Positions 58,156 to 64,000 of a stretch of 64,000 nucleotides of DNA are shown one piece after another. Source of the stretch: a virus (taxonomy: Duplodnaviria > Caudoviricetes); the IMG/VR virus record IMGVR_UViG_3300005739_000025. The stretch is one strand, 5' to 3'. The notes under the pieces were generated by a model. The model saw only the letters and a list, made by a program, of their open reading frames with translations, was not told where the DNA came from and ran no database searches. Both the position numbers and the translations under genes were made by a program. The stretch's first letter is position 1. Each line of letters begins with the position of its first letter.

Positions 58156-58628
58156 AGCTACAAACTAAAAATCCTAGATTTAAGCAAGGAATTTATGTTC
58201 CTCAAAATAAACAAAAATATAAGGGAAGAGATTATCCCAGATATTTGTCATCTTGGGAATTAAAATTGTTTAGATTTTGTGATTGTAATAAAGATGTTTT
58301 AGAGTGGGGGTCAGAAAGTATAGTCATACCTTACATAAACCCTATAGATAATAAAGTACATAATTATATTGTTGATGCAATTATAAAATTGAGAACTAAT
58401 GAGGGTATAAAAAAATTTTTAGTAGAGGTTAAACCCTATAAGCAAACTATTAAACCGGTTAATAGATTGACCAAAACTAATAAGGTACCTAAGTCCCTTT
58501 TATATGAACAGCTCAGTTATATCAAAAATACAGCTAAGTGGAATGCAGCAAGAGAGTGGTGTAAAAAGAGAGATATGGAGTTTACTATTTTAACAGAACA
58601 CCAGTTAAATATAAGAAAATACATATAA
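58152..58628 (+). CDS. gp4: Head completion nuclease, T4 gp4-like
   Basis: NKQKYKG, YLSSWE..F.FCD.N.DVLEWGSE..IPY, Y.VD, VEVKP, N.AKW.AA.EWC, F.ILTE. Confidence 0.92.
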   Translation: MKLQTKNPRFKQGIYVPQNKQKYKGRDYPRYLSSWELKLFRFCDCNKDVLEWGSESIVIPYINPIDNKVHNYIVDAIIKLRTNEGIKKFLVEVKPYKQTIKPVNRLTKTNKVPKSLLYEQLSYIKNTAKWNAAREWCKKRDMEFTILTEHQLNIRKYI

Positions 58629-58633
58629 ATAAG

Positions 58634-58640
58634 ATAAATA
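58634..58640 (+). promoter_or_regulatory. Late promoter ATAAATA (gp21), with a second TATAAATA at 58624-58631
   Basis: ATAAATA-ATTTT-ATG. Confidence 0.65.
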
Positions 58641-58645
58641 ATTTT

Positions 58646-59320
58646 ATGGCATTAAAACTTTTAGTTGAACAACCTGCTCCGGAAGAAGAATACCAGTATG
58701 TAGTTGAGGAGCAAAATAATAACAAACCAGCTAATTTATACATTACAGGACCTTACATGCAATGTGAGACTGTAAACAAGAATAAAAGAATTTATAGTGA
58801 AGGTGAAATGGATAGAGAGATTAACCGTTATATCTCTGAAATGGTTAAAACAAAAAGAGCTATGGGTGAGTTAAACCATCCCACAAAAGCCGAAGTTGAT
58901 TTAGAGAGAGCATGTCACTTAGTAGTTGATTTGAGAAAAGAAGGTAACACCTATTACGGCAAATCAAAAGTCTTGTCTACACCAACAGGTTTAATTGTTA
59001 AGTCATTAATCAATGATGGTGTTAAAGTCGGTATGTCTTCTAGAGCGTTAGGAAAGCTATCTGAGCAATCAAATGGTATTAATCGTGTCTCAGAATTTAG
59101 ATTAGTTGCTGTTGATTGTGTTGCTGATCCTTCTTGTCCATCAGCATTTGTAAATGGTATTTTAGAGTCAAAACAATTCGTTTTAAGGGAAGATGGTAGA
59201 CTAGAAGAACACTATGACAGATTTAGTGAGTCACTTTCTTCATTACCTAAAAAAGATGTTGAGGCATTTTTAAAGGAACAAATTTTAAGCTTTATATCAA
59301 AAATAAGCAGAGTGCTATAA
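58646..59320 (+). CDS. gp21: Prohead protease
   Basis: YITGPYMQ..NKNKRIY, GELNHP, GVKVGMSSRALG, AVDCVADPS.PSAFV.GILE. Confidence 0.96.
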   Translation: MALKLLVEQPAPEEEYQYVVEEQNNNKPANLYITGPYMQCETVNKNKRIYSEGEMDREINRYISEMVKTKRAMGELNHPTKAEVDLERACHLVVDLRKEGNTYYGKSKVLSTPTGLIVKSLINDGVKVGMSSRALGKLSEQSNGINRVSEFRLVAVDCVADPSCPSAFVNGILESKQFVLREDGRLEEHYDRFSESLSSLPKKDVEAFLKEQILSFISKISRVL

Positions 59321-59337
59321 TAAATACTTTTATACAA

Positions 59338-59499
59338 ATGAGTAATCAATCACAATTATCAACAGGTGAGAAAAAATTAATATCTCAATTTATACTCAAT
59401 TTGGGTAGTAAAAATTATAACAACGCCCATAAATATTTACGTAAAATTGTTGAGCAAAAACTCAATAAAAGAATAGAAAAAACAATAAATAATTTTTAA
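59338..59499 (+). CDS. Small prohead core protein, gp67-like (53 aa; absent from ORF track)
   Basis: ISQFILNLGSKNYNNAHKYLRKIVEQKLNKRI fits the gp67 helical pattern; ATAAATA 59320-59326 upstream. Confidence 0.65.
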   Translation: MSNQSQLSTGEKKLISQFILNLGSKNYNNAHKYLRKIVEQKLNKRIEKTINNF

Positions 59500-59500
59500 T

Positions 59501-60379
59501 ATGGCTATATCAGATCTTCTCAAAAACGCAACAAATGAGATTCTTTCAGAAGAAGTTCTAAAAGAAATCGAAAATGCATTTAACAAATCCGTTCAGGACA
59601 AAGTTAAAATTCACGTAGAAAAAGCTCTTGCAGAACAAGACGCTGATTACGCAGATAAATTAAAAAATCTTTTAGAAGTAGTCGACAAAGATCACACAAA
59701 TAAACTTCTAAAAGTTGTAGAAGCTATTGATACAAATCATAGCCATAAATTAAAACTTCTCGTTAATAAGTTCAATAAAGAGCTTAACAACAATGCCCAA
59801 TCATTTAAAGAGGGTATGATCAATAATATCTCAACATATTTGGAGGCTTACTTAGATGAAAGCATTCCTGCTGAGAAATTAAATGAAGCTGTTAAAGCTA
59901 AAAAAGCACAAGTTGTGCTAGAACAAATTAGAGAGATTTTAGGCGTAGATGCCGCAATCGCTAAAAAAGCTGTCAAAGACGCAATTATCGATGGCAAACG
60001 CCAAATTGATGAAGCTCACAAAAAGCTTGAAGCTGCTCAGAAAGAGTTACAGCAAATTAAAGAAGAATATTCTGTATCAAAAGCAGAGTTAGTTTTAGAG
60101 AAAAAGCTAACTTCTGTTGATGGTAAGAAAAAAGAATATATCAAAAAAGTAATGAAAGGTAAATCAGCAGATTTCATCTCTGAGAACTTTGATTACGCTG
60201 TAAATCTATTCGATAAATCCGAATCTGAGAGGCTTCAAACTCTTAAAGAAGAGGCCATTACTGACACAGAATCACAAAGAGTTGATCGTCCAGTAATTGA
60301 AGAAGAAGTACAAGTTCCACAAGAATTTAATACAGCTTCTTACATGTCACCTTATCTTCAAGAGCTAAACAAATTTTAG
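59501..60379 (+). CDS. gp22: Prohead scaffolding protein
   Basis: Coiled-coil, between gp21 and gp23; ISTYLEAY, C-terminal MSPYLQEL; ATAAATA 59485-59491. Confidence 0.88.
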   Translation: MAISDLLKNATNEILSEEVLKEIENAFNKSVQDKVKIHVEKALAEQDADYADKLKNLLEVVDKDHTNKLLKVVEAIDTNHSHKLKLLVNKFNKELNNNAQSFKEGMINNISTYLEAYLDESIPAEKLNEAVKAKKAQVVLEQIREILGVDAAIAKKAVKDAIIDGKRQIDEAHKKLEAAQKELQQIKEEYSVSKAELVLEKKLTSVDGKKKEYIKKVMKGKSADFISENFDYAVNLFDKSESERLQTLKEEAITDTESQRVDRPVIEEEVQVPQEFNTASYMSPYLQELNKF

Positions 60380-60407
60380 TAATTGAGGTTGTAACCTGAT
60401 TTAATGT

Positions 60408-60445
60408 CGTAAAAACATTCGTTTTTACGGGTCGAAAAGGAAAGG
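60408..60445 (+). promoter_or_regulatory. Leader hairpin and purine-rich SD-like tract before gp23
   Basis: CGTAAAAAC-ATTC-GTTTTTACG perfect 9-bp stem; AAGGAAAGG 60437-60445. Confidence 0.55.
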
Positions 60446-60458
60446 TAAATTTATTCTA

Positions 60459-61967
60459 ATGAAAGTTAGACCTACTGAATCATATATTGATGAATCACGC
60501 GCAAAAATGCTCGTCGAAAAATGGGCTCCAGTTCTTGACTACAGTTCAGACACTGTAAAGCCTATCGAAGATGACCATCGTCGTTTAAGCACAGCAATGC
60601 TTCTTGAGAACCAAGAGCAATGGTGCATTAACGAAGCTAACGTTGCTGGTGGCACAGGTTCCGTCTTTGGCGGTGCTTATGCTGGTGCTGGTGGCGCAGG
60701 CTACAACGGTGGCGCATTCGGCAATTCCACACCTGCTGGTGACTGGTATGCTAGTGGCGATGCTCGTTTGCCAAAGATTCTCATACCAATGATTCGCCGT
60801 ACCTTCCCTGAGTTAATTACTAACGAAATCGTAGGCGTTCAACCAATGGGTGGCCCAGTTGGTTTAGCATTCGCTCTCCGTTACAAGTATCTTGCCGACG
60901 CACTCGGTTATGATGCTGCTGGTACCGGTTTAGACGCATCGCTAAATTCAAATCTCGGCAACCCACAAGCCGCTGCTGGTGGTAAAGAGTTAGGTTATCA
61001 ATACTTAAATACAGCATTCACTGGAACTTCTTCCAGTGCATTGTCTGGTTTAGGTGCAAATGATGATCCTTCAAACCCATTCCCATTCATCGGCTCTGAC
61101 GCTGGCGTAGCTCAAGTTCTTAAGAACTTCGAGTTAACTTCCAAGATTCCACAAATCGAAGTTTCCTTCGAGAAAACAGCTGTTGAAGCTGGTACAAGAA
61201 GATTGGCAGCGCGCTGGTCAGTTGAGTTAGAGCAAGACCTTAAGAACATGAACGGTATCGACATCGACACCGAGTTGACAAACGCAATGAGCTATGAGCT
61301 CCAAGCTGAAATCGACCGTGAGATGATCATCCGCATGATCCAAGTCGCTCTTAACGCTGGTTACGGTGTTGGTTATTCTGTCTGGTCCCCAGCCTCAGCT
61401 GATGGACGTTGGTTAGTCGAGAGAAATCGCGACTTCTATCAACGTTTAATCATCGAAGCTAATCGTATTGCTATCCGCAACCGTCGTGGCGCTGCAAACT
61501 TTGTTGTTTGTACACCACGTGTTGCCGCAATCCTCGAAATGCTTCCTGAGTTCCAATGGGTACCTGTACAAGGTAACGTAAACACACAACCAGTTGGCGT
61601 CGCAAAAGTTGGTAACCTCGGTGGAAGATTCAATGTTTACCGCGACACTCGCACAGAGGCTCAATACGAAATGGGCAGAAGCTCATACGTTCCAGGTAAC
61701 CCTTCGGCACGTAACCGTCGTATCGAGTACGCATTGTTAGGCTATAAAGGTCCTGAGTATTACGATACCGGTATCATTTATTGTCCTTACATCCCTGTGA
61801 TGGTTCAACGCACCATTGGTCCTAACGACTTCTCACCACGTGTTGGTTTACTAACACGTTACGGAGTTGTTGACAACATCTTTGGCGCTGCTCTTTACTA
61901 TCACGTAATCCTCTTGAGTGGTCTCGGCGAAGCATTCACCCCGGCTAATCAATCGGTATACTTCTAA
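60459..61967 (+). CDS. gp23: Major capsid protein, T4 gp23-like
   Basis: EKWAPVLD, LLENQE, LIPMIRR.FP.LI..EIVGVQPMGGPVGLAFALR, R.LAARWSVELEQDLKNMNGID, YCPYIP, RYG. Confidence 0.98.
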   Translation: MKVRPTESYIDESRAKMLVEKWAPVLDYSSDTVKPIEDDHRRLSTAMLLENQEQWCINEANVAGGTGSVFGGAYAGAGGAGYNGGAFGNSTPAGDWYASGDARLPKILIPMIRRTFPELITNEIVGVQPMGGPVGLAFALRYKYLADALGYDAAGTGLDASLNSNLGNPQAAAGGKELGYQYLNTAFTGTSSSALSGLGANDDPSNPFPFIGSDAGVAQVLKNFELTSKIPQIEVSFEKTAVEAGTRRLAARWSVELEQDLKNMNGIDIDTELTNAMSYELQAEIDREMIIRMIQVALNAGYGVGYSVWSPASADGRWLVERNRDFYQRLIIEANRIAIRNRRGAANFVVCTPRVAAILEMLPEFQWVPVQGNVNTQPVGVAKVGNLGGRFNVYRDTRTEAQYEMGRSSYVPGNPSARNRRIEYALLGYKGPEYYDTGIIYCPYIPVMVQRTIGPNDFSPRVGLLTRYGVVDNIFGAALYYHVILLSGLGEAFTPANQSVYF

Positions 61968-61992
61968 GATTTTAGAAGTTAGGCAAATCACT

Positions 61993-62026
61993 AACCCTGG
62001 TTCGAAAGAGCCGGGGTTATTTTTTT
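61993..62026 (+). terminator. Rho-independent terminator after gp23
   Basis: AACCCTGGTTC-GAAA-GAGCCGGGGTT stem (with G-U pairs) + T7. Confidence 0.88.
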
Positions 62027-62777
62027 ACATATTACTAACAATACGCTTTAATGTATTATTAAAGCTAAGACTTTCCATAAAAAACTTATCGTAAGCACTA
62101 TTAATTAAATCAATAAGTTTATCTATTACATGTTTACTTCTCAGTCTTTTAAATAAAAGATTTTCTAAAGCAAATTCTCCGCTTTTTGTAAGAGCCTCTT
62201 TTCTTATTTTTACTATTTTATCTTTTAGTATTTTGCCCTTTTTATATATTAGTCTAATTTCATCTTTTGTATTAGCTCTATTAAGCCTATCTACCAATCT
62301 GTTTATCAAATCTATATAATAAAATTCTTTGTTGGATAATAATTGTTCATCAATTTTCTGAGGTGGATCATATTTTGGTTTTTTAATCCATTTATCAAAC
62401 TTTAAACTATAAACCCCAGTAGATATATGTGCTTCACCTTCATCTTCAAAATACATCTCAACTTCATGACCTCTAATAAAAATATTATGCCTTAAGTTCC
62501 AAACAAAGCGTAAGCCATTTAATGCTTCCTTTACAACATCTGTGTCTCCGCTTATTTCACTAAATTTAGTAATGATATGTATGTCTAGGTCAGAAAACTT
62601 GTTATAATTGAAATTCGCAAGGGATCCGGTTAGTCTAATATCAGTTACTGGTATGTTTAAATCGCTTTCTTTAATAAAGTTATCTACTATCTTAAGTATT
62701 TTTCTTCTGATACTTTTATCAAATTTAAAATTTTTAAAATAAGATGGATTTAATGTTTTTTTATAAAAAACGCTCAT
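62025..62777 (-). CDS. Pol-beta superfamily nucleotidyltransferase
   Basis: LTGSLANFNY...SDLDIH (GS..DxD), third acidic residue in EVEMY; TATAAATA 62784-62791 6 nt upstream. Confidence 0.85.
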   Translation of the reverse strand: MSVFYKKTLNPSYFKNFKFDKSIRRKILKIVDNFIKESDLNIPVTDIRLTGSLANFNYNKFSDLDIHIITKFSEISGDTDVVKEALNGLRFVWNLRHNIFIRGHEVEMYFEDEGEAHISTGVYSLKFDKWIKKPKYDPPQKIDEQLLSNKEFYYIDLINRLVDRLNRANTKDEIRLIYKKGKILKDKIVKIRKEALTKSGEFALENLLFKRLRSKHVIDKLIDLINSAYDKFFMESLSFNNTLKRIVSNM

Positions 62778-62797
62778 TATTATTATTTATATGTAAT

Positions 62798-62825
62798 TTG
62801 AATTTTTAAATTTTTATTATATAAT
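62798..62825 (+). promoter_or_regulatory. sigma70-type promoter
   Basis: TTGAAT(62798-62803)-N16-TATAAT(62820-62825); ATG 7 nt downstream. Confidence 0.6.
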
Positions 62826-62832
62826 TATATTG

Positions 62833-63019
62833 ATGAACGTTTTATCCATAGTACCAGGTTTCATAGAGAAACCATCAGGTGGACTAGGAGAGCAATATAG
62901 AAATTTTTATAAGTGTTTATCCGTCAGAAAATTTATTTATAACATTAGAAAAATTGTATGATTTATACAAAGAGGTAAAAGACTTACCTTACATTTCCAA
63001 TAAATTCAATTATCCTTGA
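62833..63019 (+). pseudogene. Probable internally deleted GT4-type glycosyltransferase remnant
   Basis: MNVLSIVPGFIEKPSGGLGEQYRNF (GT4 N-terminal pattern) stops at 62961; +1 frame gives TLEKLYDLYKEV, resembling a GT-B C-terminal helix. Confidence 0.5.
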
Positions 63020-64000
63020 TCTTCAGTCCAAGATACTCTTGCTCGCGTTAGAGCTTTATAATCTTCAAATGTTTTTACACTTAAAGTTAATATATCAGGC
63101 CCGTCTGGGTATACAAAATTCCCACCTATAATACTATTTCCTAAATCTCGTACAACCTCAATATCATAATCTTGACTTATATATGTAGGGTCTCTATAAG
63201 TTGTAGTGGCTGGAGTACCGGGAGCAAGAAAGAACGAGCCAATTAAATCTCCTCCAGTTCCTGATACGGGAAAAGTACCACTGGTAGTATGATCCCAGTA
63301 CTGGGCAATACTACCATTGCCTCCAGGCTGCCAGCCTGAAGAAGTTCTAAATAATGTACTGTCACAATTTAGACGAATAAAAATTTGAACGGGGTTAGTT
63401 GTTACTATGCCAATACTCTTTAAGCGCATTGAAGAATGATTAATTAAATTTCTTACTCCAAAAGGTGCAGTTATACCATAATCAACAGAAGGGGCAAGAC
63501 GAATGCTAAGAACTGCAGCCTCATGCTGATCTGCAATTAAATAACCATCACTTGCACCAGTAAATAAATACGATTTATCTTCATTAAAGCCACCATCAAT
63601 TAGTGCAGCAACGCCCCAATGACTTAATGCTGGTGAACAGTTTTGGTTAAAAGACAAATAACTATCATTTTCGTTTATACTAGGTACTGATAGTAATCCG
63701 TTAGCATTTCTTCTTTTAATAATTAAATCTATATTTTCTTTAAACTTACTACCTTTTTCATAATCTATATATTCATCTTTTACGATAAGTCTTCCTTTTC
63801 CCGGTAAGTAATAAGCATCTTCTTCCGATACTCTCAAGACATTTTGAGACGCTCCTGCAAAAACAGTTATATTACTTGTAGTATTCGGTGGCATACTTCC
63901 AAACTCATCTAGTGATTCTATTTCATATCTTACCGTAGTTATGTCATCCCCCGCATCATATGTTCTGGATAGGGGGTTAAATGTTCCTATAGCCAAACTG
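63010..64000 (-). CDS. C-terminal part of a large virion structural/fibre protein (open at window edge)
   Basis: HWGVAALIDGGFNEDKSYLF, SIRLAPSVD, PDGPDILTL motifs I recall from T4-like cyanophage structural proteins; frame still open at 64000. Confidence 0.55.
   Translation of the reverse strand, partial: SLAIGTFNPLSRTYDAGDDITTVRYEIESLDEFGSMPPNTTSNITVFAGASQNVLRVSEEDAYYLPGKGRLIVKDEYIDYEKGSKFKENIDLIIKRRNANGLLSVPSINENDSYLSFNQNCSPALSHWGVAALIDGGFNEDKSYLFTGASDGYLIADQHEAAVLSIRLAPSVDYGITAPFGVRNLINHSSMRLKSIGIVTTNPVQIFIRLNCDSTLFRTSSGWQPGGNGSIAQYWDHTTSGTFPVSGTGGDLIGSFFLAPGTPATTTYRDPTYISQDYDIEVVRDLGNSIIGGNFVYPDGPDILTLSVKTFEDYKALTRARVSWTEDQG

Noticed and set aside
62900-62961. Programmed +1 frameshift producing a functional GT
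   Set aside because: The joined product would be only ~60 aa, far too short for a GT-B enzyme.
1-64000. CRISPR arrays, tRNA/rRNA genes, integrase, transposase or homing endonuclease
   Set aside because: No spaced direct repeats, cloverleafs or such ORFs seen; intergenic gaps are too short (<100 nt). tRNAscan-SE and Infernal would confirm.
1-64000. Stop-codon reassignment (seen in some large phages)
   Set aside because: Conserved genes are full length under the standard code, and TAA, TAG and TGA all terminate genes at expected C-termini.
1-64000. Specific host assignment
   Set aside because: Only indirect clues (AT-rich, canonical sigma70 promoters, no SD); insufficient to name a host.

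Overview
A 64-kb, very AT-rich segment of a large T4-like (myovirus) phage genome, read cleanly with the standard bacterial code. Positions ~0.6-9.5 kb hold a replication block: gp41 helicase, a DHH phosphoesterase, probable gp59, gp32 SSB, gp45 clamp and gp61 primase, interleaved with a GT2-like glycosyltransferase and an NRS/ER-type rhamnose epimerase/reductase. A rearranged morphogenesis region follows: gp14, gp17, gp3-like, gp18, gp19, baseplate genes, gp16-like, dUTPase, gp44, gp25 and gp6. Then come ~26 kb of large adhesin/fibre proteins (PKD, beta-propellers, Cys-containing InlB B-like repeats, LamG, L-type lectin, a duplicated fibre pair), the head genes gp13, gp4, gp21, gp67-like, gp22 and gp23, a Pol-beta-like nucleotidyltransferase and a glycosyltransferase remnant. 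The strongest unexplained signal is regulatory. About 20 T4-type late promoter cores (TAAATA) and 7-8 sigma70-type promoters (TTGA-N16/17-TATAAT) sit 5-8 nt upstream of start codons, I see essentially no Shine-Dalgarno motifs, and downstream genes are stop/start coupled; together this implies almost entirely leaderless gene expression. Other highlights are a family of late genes with capsid-targeting-like N-termini, a nested in-frame late gene with its own promoter, and a circularly permuted legume-type lectin domain inserted in a LamG domain. All product calls come from motif recognition by eye; no database search was run.
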